Of a stretch of 64,000 nt of DNA, positions 37,240 through 46,110 are shown piece after piece; the stretch's first letter is position 1; each line of letters starts with the position of its first letter. The position numbers were made by a program, and so were the translations under genes. This DNA is from Dehalococcoidia bacterium (lineage in GTDB: Bacteria; Chloroflexota; Dehalococcoidia; Bin125). The stretch covers positions 246,695 to 310,694 of the forward strand of contig OZ241982.1 of the NCBI GenBank assembly GCA_965204335.1, in the 5' to 3' direction. Under the pieces are notes generated by a model. That model saw nothing but the letters and a program-made list of their open reading frames with translations, was not told the origin of the DNA and ran no database searches.

Positions 37240-37346
37240 CGCGTGTATTGTGTCGAAATTTTGAGCACAGCGCAAGGGTCGGCCTCGTTATCGTTTCGCT
37301 GGCTGTGTGCTTTGGCGAGGGGCTGTTAAGTCGGCAACAGGACGCT

Positions 37347-37397
37347 GCCCCCCTCTGTCACTCCGTGACATCTCACCCCGCTCCGCGGGGGGAGAGG
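37347..37397. repeat. REP-like element family B
   Basis: gcccccctctgtcactccgtgacatctcaccccgctccgcggggggagagg. Confidence 0.8.
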
Positions 37398-37406
37398 GGA
37401 CAAGAG

Positions 37407-37706
37407 TCAGCTCAGCAGCCAGCGGGGCGGGAGGAGGCGGCAGAGGGCGGTGGCTCGGATGTCGCTCTGAGGAACGGGGCCGAAGCGTCGGCTGTCGGTG
37501 CTGCGGGCCGGGTTGTCGCCAACGACGTACCAACCGTCTCCTTCGCGGTTGAGGGCGCGCTTGATGTAGAGGTCGTCGGCCCGGCGGAAGGCGATGACTC
37601 GACCGGGCTTGACGGGGAGCCAATCCTTCGACAGCGCGAGCAGAGTGTCGCCGTCGCGGAGGGTTGGGGACATGGAGTCGCCCTGGACTCGGAGGAAGTA
37701 GAGCAT
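37407..37706 (-). CDS. small S24/S26-type signal-peptidase-like protease (resembles Ni-SOD maturation protease SodX)
   Basis: LRVQGDSMSPTLRDGDTLL...IKRAL...VVGDNPARSTDSRRFGPV; 99 aa from ATG 37706. No sodN was seen nearby. Confidence 0.65.
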   Translation of the reverse strand: MLYFLRVQGDSMSPTLRDGDTLLALSKDWLPVKPGRVIAFRRADDLYIKRALNREGDGWYVVGDNPARSTDSRRFGPVPQSDIRATALCRLLPPRWLLS

Positions 37707-37720
37707 GTGGCGAGGCCTCG

Positions 37721-37770
37721 GGGCCCTCACCCTGGCCCTCACCCTGGCCCTCTCCCTCGGGGAGAGGGGA
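37721..37770. repeat. REP-like element family A (with duplicated ggccctcaccct arm)
   Basis: gggccctcaccctggccctcaccctggccctctccctcggggagagggga. Confidence 0.75.
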
Positions 37771-37826
37771 GCGGAGGGAACGGGTCCCCGAATGAATCGG
37801 GGACTGGGGCGGCAATCGGGGCTGGG

Positions 37827-38123
37827 CTAGAAGTCGTCCATTCCGAAATCGTCCATGCCGAAGTCGTCGTGGCCGTGGCTGTGTCCGTGGTCGTGACCGT
37901 GTCCGCCCATGCCCATGTCGGGCATGCCCATGTCGCCCATGTCGAAGTCGTCGAAGGACGAGGACGAGGAGCCGGTGTGGATGGCGACGCCAGCGCCGAA
38001 GACGCGAACTCCCTTGCCGCCTTCGCAGGCGTCGCAATCAGCCGATTCCGGGGCCTGCCCCATTTTGGCGAGCACGTCGAAGACGTGCGTGCACTTGGGG
38101 CACTTGTACTCGTACATGGGCAT
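37827..38123 (-). CDS. FmdB-family zinc-ribbon protein with His/Met/Asp-rich tail
   Basis: MPMYEYKCPKCTHVFDVL...CDAC zinc ribbon. Tail GDMGMPDMGMGGHGHDHGHSHGHDDFGMDDFGMDDF. GGGAGGAG RBS before ATG 38123. Confidence 0.8.
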   Translation of the reverse strand: MPMYEYKCPKCTHVFDVLAKMGQAPESADCDACEGGKGVRVFGAGVAIHTGSSSSSFDDFDMGDMGMPDMGMGGHGHDHGHSHGHDDFGMDDFGMDDF

Positions 38124-38248
38124 CAGGTGTCTCCTCCCGTGAGGACATGAACGCGTCAACGGTGTTGAGTCATATCTTACGACTGAGACCGGCAACCAAC
38201 CGCTGTTGAGACGCACTGGTGCGGAGAAGCAATCAGAGGAGCTGTTCC

Positions 38249-39556
38249 ATGCCCGATATCCGAGATTACTGCGATCGACTGTGGCGGGGCGAGGTTGATG
38301 TGGTCCACGAGGCGCATCCGGTGACCTCGACCTGGAACAACCGCGAGCCGGAGGAACTGGACGACGGGTTCTTGTACATCAAGTCGGCAGCGTCGATGAA
38401 CACGCTCGACACGGGCGACGGCCTGGTGATGCTGGATACGGGCACGGCTCGCGACTCGGAAGGGCTATACAACGGCGTGCGCGCCTGGCGACCGGACACG
38501 CCGCTGCGGGCCGCCGTGTTTTCGCACCATCACGTCGACCACATCTTCGGCGTCGGCAAGTTCGACGAGGAGGCCGAGGGGCAAGGCCGGGCGCGGCCGA
38601 TCGTCTACGGCCAGCGCCACATCCCGGCGCATTTCGACCGTTACAAGCGGACCGTCGGCTACAACACGGCGATCAACTCGCGACAGTTCATCCGGCCGGG
38701 CATGGACGCGATGCAGGTGCGCCTGCCCTGGCCGGAGGAGTTTCGCTATCCGGATGTCACGTTCGATGACGCTGTGCGCTTCTCGGTCGGCGACCTGACC
38801 TTCGAGGTCACGCACACGCGGGGCGAAACGGAGGATGCGGCGTGGACATGGGTGCCCGAGCGCAAGTGGCTGTTCCCGGGCGACCTCTTCATCTGGGCGG
38901 TGCCGAATGCGGGCAATCCACAGAAGGTCCAACGCTGGGCCGGCGAGTGGGCGGCCGGCCTGCGTCAGATGGCCGGCAAGGGGGCGGAGTTGATGAGTCC
39001 GGGACACGGCCTCCCCATCTTCGGAGCGGACCGGATTGCCGAGGCGCTGAACGACACGGCCGACTTACTGGATGAGATCGAGAATCAGACCCTGGCGATG
39101 ATGAACCTGGGCTACACGCTGGACCGCATCCTGCACGAGATTGAGATGCCGCAGCGGCTGCTGGAGAAGCCCTGGCTGTCCTCGGCGTACGACCATCCCG
39201 AGTTCATCGTGCGCAGCGTCTGGCGGTACTTCGGCGGCTGGTACGAGGGCGAGCCGGATCGGCTGCTGCCTGCGCCGAGGTCGGCGGAGGCGGCGGAGTG
39301 GGTGACGCTGGCCGGGGGCCTGGAGCCGGTCCTCGATCGGGCTCGGGCGCAGATGGAGAACGGAAATCTGCAATTGGCGTGCCACTTGATCGAGGGGGCG
39401 GCGCTGGCGGCGCCGAACAGTCCTGAGGTGCATGAGCTGCGGGCCGAAATCTACGAAGCTCGAGCGGCCGAGCAGGATTCCTCAATGGCGCGGGGGATTT
39501 TCTCGTTTGCGGCGTCGTCGAGTCGGCACGGCAAGCGGGACGTGTTCAATCCCTGA
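38249..39556 (+). CDS. MBL-fold alkyl/aryl-sulfatase-like hydrolase (MBL plus dimerisation domain, no SCP2 tail)
   Basis: FSHHHVDHIFG motif. The C-terminal helical region ends with QDSSMARGIF as in alkyl-sulfatase dimerisation domains. Confidence 0.7.
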   Translation: MPDIRDYCDRLWRGEVDVVHEAHPVTSTWNNREPEELDDGFLYIKSAASMNTLDTGDGLVMLDTGTARDSEGLYNGVRAWRPDTPLRAAVFSHHHVDHIFGVGKFDEEAEGQGRARPIVYGQRHIPAHFDRYKRTVGYNTAINSRQFIRPGMDAMQVRLPWPEEFRYPDVTFDDAVRFSVGDLTFEVTHTRGETEDAAWTWVPERKWLFPGDLFIWAVPNAGNPQKVQRWAGEWAAGLRQMAGKGAELMSPGHGLPIFGADRIAEALNDTADLLDEIENQTLAMMNLGYTLDRILHEIEMPQRLLEKPWLSSAYDHPEFIVRSVWRYFGGWYEGEPDRLLPAPRSAEAAEWVTLAGGLEPVLDRARAQMENGNLQLACHLIEGAALAAPNSPEVHELRAEIYEARAAEQDSSMARGIFSFAASSSRHGKRDVFNP

Positions 39557-39572
39557 CGCAATCAGGGCGCAA

Positions 39573-40238
39573 TCAGGGCAGGCGCTCAGAGCGGAAGTGA
39601 TGGGAGGCGAAGGCGGTTCCTTGTTCGACCTGGATCATCGCTCGGTCGTTGATCAGTTCGTTTGAGGTTCCCTGGTTCAGGCCTCGGGTGAACGTGGCGT
39701 TCGAGAGCGGCCACTTGAGTCCGACCGTGGTGATGCCTTCCACAATTTCGCTGACGGCGGTGATGCTGACGTAGTCGCCGATCTGGCCGTGGAAGTGAGC
39801 CTGGGAGACGCCGTCGCCGTTGAGGACGGTGATGGCGGTCCAGCCGTCGACGGTCCAGGTTGGGATCTGACGGAGACCGGGGTGCGTGAGCAGGTAGAGG
39901 TTAGCGACGGCGTGGTCGTAGCGTGGTCCGCCGAAGAGTCCGACGATGATGACGCTACCGGCGCCGCGCTTGAGGGCGTACTCGATGGCGACGTCGCCGT
40001 CTGTGCGCTGCTCGGGATCGGGATGGGGTTCGAACTCGACGCCGACGGCCTTGAGATTGAAGAGGTCGTCTCCCTGGAGCGAATCGAGATCGCCGATGAC
40101 GACGTGCGGCAGGATGCCCAGCCGTCGGAGTCGGTTGGCGCCGCTGTCGGCGGCGACGATCAGCTCTGCGCCGTTGAGCGCGCTGCGGACGAGGGGTGAG
40201 TCGTGGATTTCACCGGCGAGGGCGACGACGGCTTGCAT
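39573..40238 (-). CDS. thiamine diphosphokinase
   Basis: LIVAADSGANRL...PHVVIGDLDSL...RTDGDVAIEYAL motifs. Confidence 0.85.
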   Translation of the reverse strand: MQAVVALAGEIHDSPLVRSALNGAELIVAADSGANRLRRLGILPHVVIGDLDSLQGDDLFNLKAVGVEFEPHPDPEQRTDGDVAIEYALKRGAGSVIIVGLFGGPRYDHAVANLYLLTHPGLRQIPTWTVDGWTAITVLNGDGVSQAHFHGQIGDYVSITAVSEIVEGITTVGLKWPLSNATFTRGLNQGTSNELINDRAMIQVEQGTAFASHHFRSERLP

Positions 40239-40240
40239 GC

Positions 40241-40315
40241 CTTCACCCTAGCCCTCTCCCGGCAGGAGAGGCAGCAGTTCCGGTCCCCTCTGCCCGAGGG
40301 AGAGGGTCAGGTCCC
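40241..40315. repeat. REP-like element family A, inverted pair
   Basis: cttcaccctagccctctcccggcaggagagg ... cccctctgcccgagggagagggtcaggtccc. Confidence 0.7.
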
Positions 40316-40867
40316 GCTCCCAACAATCCCGCGCCCCGCCGCAAGCCCCGCCCAGCTCACCGCGGTCAGCATCATCGCCGGGTTCAGGATCTGCCAGATC
40401 ACGCCCTCATCGATGAAGTAGGCGTTGGCGAAGACGAGCGCCCCCATCCCCGCCGACAGCACCGCCGCTCCCCACGCAGCCGGGCCGCCCGCCCGCCAGC
40501 ACGCCGCGACGGCCACGCTCGCCCCGCCGATGAACAGCGGGTTCACGGTTCGCCAGACGTTGCCCACATGATCGCCGAACAGCCCGGTGTAGGCGTTGGC
40601 GAAGATCGCGGCCGCCAGCAACGCCGCGGCCAGGCTGCGCAGCAAGCCGACCCGCTCGCTGCCGAACCAGGCCCACCAGGCCCCGCCGATCGCGATCAGC
40701 AGCGCGCCGAGCTGCCACAGCTTCCAGGGCCAGTGCGGGACCGACAGCCCGTCGGGGTCGGCCACCACGGTCCGCTCGGTCCAGGCAAACACGGCGATCA
40801 CGATGAACGCCATCAGCGCCGCCGCCGGGATCGCATTCAAATCCCGCTGCACCACAGCTCTGAGCAT
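40307..40867 (-). CDS. hypothetical integral membrane protein
   Basis: From ATG 40867 (MLRAVVQRDLNAIPAAALMAFIVIAVFAW...): 186 aa with about 6 hydrophobic Trp/Ala/Gly-rich segments. The longer track ORF runs into the tRNA. Confidence 0.6.
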   Translation of the reverse strand: MLRAVVQRDLNAIPAAALMAFIVIAVFAWTERTVVADPDGLSVPHWPWKLWQLGALLIAIGGAWWAWFGSERVGLLRSLAAALLAAAIFANAYTGLFGDHVGNVWRTVNPLFIGGASVAVAACWRAGGPAAWGAAVLSAGMGALVFANAYFIDEGVIWQILNPAMMLTAVSWAGLAAGRGIVGSGT

Positions 40868-40950
40868 GAATCTCGACCGTTCCCGCCGGGCGCCCTCACC
40901 CCGGGTCGCGCGCGTCCAGGCCGCCAAGAAGTTCGCAATCCGGTACGTGA

Positions 40951-41026
40951 TGGTGGAGCTGGGGGGACTCGAACCCCCGGCCTTTTGACTGCCAGTCAAA
41001 CGCTCTCCCAACTGAGCTACAGCCCC
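40951..41026 (-). tRNA. tRNA-Ala (anticodon GGC), CCA encoded
   Basis: GGGGCTGTAGCTCAGTTGGGAGAGCGTTTGACTGGCAGTCAAAAGGCCGGGGGTTCGAGTCCCCCCAGCTCCACCA folds as a cloverleaf with the G3:U70 Ala identity pair and anticodon loop CTGGCAG. Confidence 0.95.
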
Positions 41027-41283
41027 ACTCAATGCGCCCTGCGGCGCGGATCACCAGCCTACGCCCGCCTTGGGGCTGGCGCCACTGCCCGGATGTCCGT
41101 CCAGCGCCTATGGGAGCGACCTGATATCGAATTCGGCCGATGAGCCCCGAGATCGACCCCGACCGGGGAGTCGGCGCTTTACGCTGAGCTAACTGAGATT
41201 GCGCATTGCGTTTGTCGCCGTCCGCAGTCGCTGCGTACATTGACCAGCACTGGCGTCGCGGGTGGCGCAAAGGGTGTACGGCC

Positions 41284-42330
41284 ATGCTTGACCGACTCCG
41301 GAGTCTATGGGAGGAACGGCCGGCGCTGGTCGCGGCATCGGTGATCGCGCCGATCGCCTTCGTGATCACCCTGCTGATCCTGTTCCTGGTCGTCGGTAGC
41401 GGCGACGATGCGCCCTCCCAGCAGCAGGTCGCCGAGCTCGAGGCTCAACCGACCAGCGAAGAACAGCAGCAGACCACGGCGGTCCGACAGGCCAACGTAG
41501 TCGAGATCGAGGTCAAGACCGGCGATCAGTCCCAGCAGGCCCAGGACGAGGCAAGCGCCGCGGAGGATCCGGGCTCCGAACAGCCTTCCGACGCCGAGAC
41601 CAGCCAGGACGAGCCGGCCCAGACCGCGCAGACCGACGAACAGGCGTCCGCCGTGTCGGACGCGGACGCGTCGGACGAGCAGGATGCAGCGCCGCAACCG
41701 CCGACCGAGGTCGGCGGCATGCCGGTCGTCCCGCTCAGCTCGGTGATCGACGGCGGAGTCGATGAAGAGTCGTTGAAGCACGGGACCGACGGTTCCGAAG
41801 GCGGCATTCTGCCGATCGACAACGGCGTCGTCGTCTCGAGCCGACCGGAGGATCAGACCAGATGGGAACTGATCGTTCCCTCGGCCTCACTCAAGAGCGC
41901 CATCGTTCGCGTCGGTCGCACGCCCTCGGGCGCGATGGGCGCGCCCGACAACCCGTATGTGATCGGCTGGCTCGATTCCAGCGCCGCGCCCGGTGAAGCG
42001 GGCAACGCCCTGCTCGCGGGCCATCGCGATTTCGAGGACATCTCGGGCAACATCGGCACCGGTGTGTGTTGGGAGCTGGTCAGCACCGAGCCCGGCGATC
42101 ATGTGCTGGTTCGAGACAACGAGCAGGGCATCTACTACGTCTACCGGGTGACCGAGACCGCGACCGTCGATCCGAAGAATCGCGACGCCGCTCGCTATCT
42201 CCGGGACACCGAGGAGCCGGTCATCACGCTGATCACGTGCACCGGTTCGTTCAACGCCGACACGCATCAGTACTCGCATCGCCTGGTGGTCGTCGGCGTG
42301 CTCGCCGCCGTGGCGTCGCCCGACGCCTAG
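41284..42330 (+). CDS. class F-like sortase with N-terminal TM anchor and acidic Q/E-rich linker
   Basis: LLAGHRDF (catalytic His) and ITLITCTG (TLxTC Cys). Start at ATG 41284. Confidence 0.8.
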   Translation: MLDRLRSLWEERPALVAASVIAPIAFVITLLILFLVVGSGDDAPSQQQVAELEAQPTSEEQQQTTAVRQANVVEIEVKTGDQSQQAQDEASAAEDPGSEQPSDAETSQDEPAQTAQTDEQASAVSDADASDEQDAAPQPPTEVGGMPVVPLSSVIDGGVDEESLKHGTDGSEGGILPIDNGVVVSSRPEDQTRWELIVPSASLKSAIVRVGRTPSGAMGAPDNPYVIGWLDSSAAPGEAGNALLAGHRDFEDISGNIGTGVCWELVSTEPGDHVLVRDNEQGIYYVYRVTETATVDPKNRDAARYLRDTEEPVITLITCTGSFNADTHQYSHRLVVVGVLAAVASPDA

Positions 42331-42347
42331 GATGACGAGGCCAATCC

Positions 42348-43283
42348 ATGCGGCTGTCCCGCTGCGGCGTTTCCGCATGGTGCTACGACCTGCTCTGGTA
42401 TCTCTCTGATCTGCGCTACCAACAGCCGAGGGTCTTCGCATCGCTCGTCGGTCTGTTGCTGGCCCTGTTCGTGGTCGTCCCCGTTCTCGTACTGGCGTCG
42501 AGCGGGAGCGGCGCGCCGCTCCCGGCGGGCGCCGAGTGGCCCAATCGGGACGGCGTGCAGCAGGAATCGGAACACGGCGTCCGCTACGTCGCCTACAACG
42601 GCGTGGCGCAGCCCCGGCCCGGGGAGACGCAGCACTCGGAAGCGCTCCCGGCCGACGCGTCAGAGCCGCGGGTCATCCTGAGAAAACTCTCGGATGTGCT
42701 CGACGAGCGCCTCGACGAGTCGAAGTTGATCTACGGCTCAGACGGTTCGGAAGGCAGCATCCTTCCGCTCGACAACGGCGTGGTGCCGTCCAGCGGACCG
42801 CGCTTCGATACCAGTTGGGAACTGATCCTGCCGTCGGCGGGCATCCGCGCCGCCGTCGTCCAGGTCGGCCTGACGCTCGATGGCGCGATGGGCTCGCCGG
42901 ACAATCCGTTCGTCGTGGGCTGGTACAACCGCTCAGCCGTTCCCGGCCAGCTCGGCAACGCCCTGTTGGGCGGCCACCGCGATTACCAGGACCGCGACGG
43001 CAAGACCGACGTCGGCGTCTGTTGGAAGCTGGACGAGGCCCGCGTCGGCGACCATCTGCTCATGTTCGACCAGTCAACCGACCGCTACTACGTCTACGAC
43101 ATCGTCGACATCGCCACGATCCGACCCGATTCCAGGGACGCGGTGAAGTACCTCAGTCAGACCAGGGAGTCGGTCGTCACGCTGATCACCTGCTCGGGAG
43201 ATTTCGACGAGGAAACGCACAGCTACGAAGAGCGAATTGTCGTCGTCGCCCTGCTCAACGCCGTGGCCGCGCCCGACGCGTAG
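42348..43283 (+). CDS. class F-like sortase, tandem paralog
   Basis: LLGGHRDY and VTLITCSG motifs; N-terminal TM segment. Confidence 0.8.
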   Translation: MRLSRCGVSAWCYDLLWYLSDLRYQQPRVFASLVGLLLALFVVVPVLVLASSGSGAPLPAGAEWPNRDGVQQESEHGVRYVAYNGVAQPRPGETQHSEALPADASEPRVILRKLSDVLDERLDESKLIYGSDGSEGSILPLDNGVVPSSGPRFDTSWELILPSAGIRAAVVQVGLTLDGAMGSPDNPFVVGWYNRSAVPGQLGNALLGGHRDYQDRDGKTDVGVCWKLDEARVGDHLLMFDQSTDRYYVYDIVDIATIRPDSRDAVKYLSQTRESVVTLITCSGDFDEETHSYEERIVVVALLNAVAAPDA

Positions 43284-43296
43284 GCGGCGTTTCGGT

Positions 43297-46110
43297 CTAC
43301 CAGTACTGCCGACGCTTACCCCTCTTGCCCTGTTTGCCGCCCCGTTTGCCCGGACCGCTGTGACGCCATTCGGACGGCTCGGCCGCTCGCTCGACCGCGA
43401 CCGCGCAGACCTTGTACTCGGGAATCCTGGCGACTTCGTCGTAGACGTTGTTGGTCAGCCAGTTGGCGGCCGAGTCGGCCAGTCGGACGAACGGCACGAA
43501 GATCGAGCCCTCGGCGACGTCCTCCGTGACGAAACTGACGCCTTCCAGCCTTCCGCGTCTGGATGCGACCCAGACCGCCTCGCCATCGACGATCTCCTGC
43601 CGCGCGGCGTCGTTGGGATGGATCGCGACTCTCAGCTCGGGCCAGGAGTCGACGAGACCGTCAACCCGGCGCGTGATCGTCCCGCCATGCCAGTGATAGA
43701 GCACGCGGCCGGTGTTGAGGATCAGCGGGTAGCGCTCATCGGGCGCTTCCTCCGACGGCGGGAGCTGCTTGACCGGGATGAACCTGCCCAGTCCTCGGGG
43801 GAACGACTCGTCGTAGAGACGCTCGGTGCCAGGATGATCCTCGCTCGGACAGGGCCACTGGATCCCGCCCTGTTCGTCCAGGCGGCGATGCGAGAGCCCG
43901 GCCATGATCGGCGTCAGCGACGCGAGTTCATCGAAGACCGATGCCGCAGAGCCGTGTTCAAACGCGGTCGACGAGACGCCGAGCTTCCGTGCCGTGCGTC
44001 GGGCGACGTCCTGCACGATCTCCCAGTCGGCTCGCGACTGACCGACGGGCGCAATGACCTGCCGCACCCGCTGCACCCGGCGCTCCGAGTTGGTGAATGT
44101 GCCTTCCTTCTCGGCGAACGAGGCGGCCGGCAGGACGACATCGGCCAGCTCGGCCGTCTCGTGCATGAAGATGTCCTGCACCACGAGGAAGTCGAGCTTC
44201 GTGATCGCCTCGCGGGCATGGGCCAGATTGGGTTCGGTCAGCAGCGGGTTCTCGCCGACGATGTACATGCACCGGACGCCGTCGCCCGAGAGCATGCTCT
44301 CAACCATGTCGGTCGCGCGCAGGCCCTCGGCCGCAGGCAGATCCGCCTCCCAGATGCTGCTGAACCTGTCCAACACGTCGGGGGTGTATCGCTGATAGCC
44401 GGGCAGCGCATCGGGAATGCAGCCGGCGTCGCCGGCGCCCTGCACGTTGTTCTGACCGCGCAGCGGCGAAACGCCGTTGCCGACGCGTCCGACCTGGCCG
44501 GTCAACAGCGCCAGGTTGAGCAGCGCCGTCGCATTGGCCGTGCCGTTGGTGTGTTGGGTCACCCCCATGCCCCAGATCAGGCAGGAGCCGCCCGGGTCGT
44601 CCCCGTTCGGATTCGGTTGCGCATACGTCCGCGCGGCACGGATCAGCAGGTCGGCCGGGACACCGGACATCTCCTCGACCGCCTCCGGGGTGTACTCCTC
44701 GAGATCGGCCAGCCAATCCGTGTATCCCTCAGTGCGGGATTCGATGAAGTCGACATCCGCCAGCCCCTCGTTAAGGATCACCCTGGCCATGCCGTTGAGC
44801 ACGGCGACGTCGGTCCCCGGGTACTGCCTGAGCCAGAGGTCGGTGTGGTCGCACAGCTCGATCCGCTTCGGATTGAGCACGATCAGGGCAGCGCCGCGGT
44901 CGACGGCCGTGCGCATTCTTGACGCGGCAACCGGGTGATTCGAGGACGGATCCGCCCCGACCACGAACAGGCAATCGGCGGCCTCGTAGTCGCTGTAGCT
45001 GTTCGAAGTCGCGCCCGAGCCAAGCTGGGCCAGCATCGCCTCGACCGACGGTGAGTGGCAGAGCCGCGTGCAGTGGTCGATGTTGTTCGTGCCCATGACG
45101 GCGCGCACGAACTTCTGCAGCATGTAGTTGTCTTCGTTCGTGGCTTTGGCCGACGAGAATGCGCCGAAGGCGCCTCGGTGCTCGGCAAACTTCTCCGCGA
45201 CGAGGTCCAGCGCTTCATCCCAGGTCGCCGGCTGCAACCCCTCCGGTCCGCGAATCAACGGAGTCGTCAGCCGGTCCGAGTGGTTGACGAACGCTGTGCC
45301 GAACCGCCCCTTGACGCACAGCAGCCCCTTCGAGGAGAGGTTGCTCGGATCGTCGTCGACATGCGTGAGGATCCCGTCTTCGGCCGTGATCTTGATGCCG
45401 CAGCCGACGCCACAATACGGGCAGACGGTCGAGACAGTCCTGACGCCCGTGGCGGCCCGCTTGGGCATCAGCGCCTCGGTCGGGCAGGCGGCTACGCATG
45501 ATCCGCAGGACGTGCAGGTTGACTCGCCCAGCGGCTCGTCGCCAAACGAAGCGATCCGGGCGGCCTTGCCGGCCCCGGCGATGCCGATCGCGCCGATGTG
45601 CTGCCGATCAGAGCAGGCCGACACGCAGCGTCCGCAAAGAATGCAGTCGGTCGCATCGAACTTGTAGAAGTGGTTGGTCTCATCCGCGTGCTCGTTGGCG
45701 CGGGGACTCCAGCGAGACCGGTCAGCGTCGTGTGATGCGGCATGATGCCGCAGTTCGGTCGTGGCGCCGCCGTTCGAGTGGGCTGCGTTGTCCGTCATCG
45801 CGAGGGTGAGCTCGATGATGCCCTTGCGCGCCGCCACCGCAGTGTCCGAGTTGGTGAGGATGGTCTGGCCGTCGGCGGCCGGGGTATGGCAGGCAGCGGG
45901 CAGTCCGCGTTGCCCGTCGATCTCGACCAGGCAGGTGCGGCAGGCCCCGAGCGCCGGTCCGTCGAGGTCCTTGCACAGATGCGGGAGATCGATTCCGGCA
46001 GCCAGAACGGCGTCGAGAATGGTTGCGCCCTCCGGCGCCTCGCAGGACTGTCCGTCGATGGTGACGTTGATCCTTGTCGTGGACGGATCGGCCATGGAGT
46101 CGGTCGTCAT
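43297..46110 (-). CDS. fdsA: NAD-dependent formate dehydrogenase alpha subunit (Mo/W-bisPGD, NuoG-like N-terminus), Cys-type
   Basis: N-terminal 2Fe-2S and 4Fe-4S Cys clusters. Active-site region NIDHCTRLCHSPSV has Cys where Sec-type enzymes have U. ATGA overlap with fdsB at 46107..46110. Confidence 0.9.
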   Translation of the reverse strand: MTTDSMADPSTTRINVTIDGQSCEAPEGATILDAVLAAGIDLPHLCKDLDGPALGACRTCLVEIDGQRGLPAACHTPAADGQTILTNSDTAVAARKGIIELTLAMTDNAAHSNGGATTELRHHAASHDADRSRWSPRANEHADETNHFYKFDATDCILCGRCVSACSDRQHIGAIGIAGAGKAARIASFGDEPLGESTCTSCGSCVAACPTEALMPKRAATGVRTVSTVCPYCGVGCGIKITAEDGILTHVDDDPSNLSSKGLLCVKGRFGTAFVNHSDRLTTPLIRGPEGLQPATWDEALDLVAEKFAEHRGAFGAFSSAKATNEDNYMLQKFVRAVMGTNNIDHCTRLCHSPSVEAMLAQLGSGATSNSYSDYEAADCLFVVGADPSSNHPVAASRMRTAVDRGAALIVLNPKRIELCDHTDLWLRQYPGTDVAVLNGMARVILNEGLADVDFIESRTEGYTDWLADLEEYTPEAVEEMSGVPADLLIRAARTYAQPNPNGDDPGGSCLIWGMGVTQHTNGTANATALLNLALLTGQVGRVGNGVSPLRGQNNVQGAGDAGCIPDALPGYQRYTPDVLDRFSSIWEADLPAAEGLRATDMVESMLSGDGVRCMYIVGENPLLTEPNLAHAREAITKLDFLVVQDIFMHETAELADVVLPAASFAEKEGTFTNSERRVQRVRQVIAPVGQSRADWEIVQDVARRTARKLGVSSTAFEHGSAASVFDELASLTPIMAGLSHRRLDEQGGIQWPCPSEDHPGTERLYDESFPRGLGRFIPVKQLPPSEEAPDERYPLILNTGRVLYHWHGGTITRRVDGLVDSWPELRVAIHPNDAARQEIVDGEAVWVASRRGRLEGVSFVTEDVAEGSIFVPFVRLADSAANWLTNNVYDEVARIPEYKVCAVAVERAAEPSEWRHSGPGKRGGKQGKRGKRRQYW

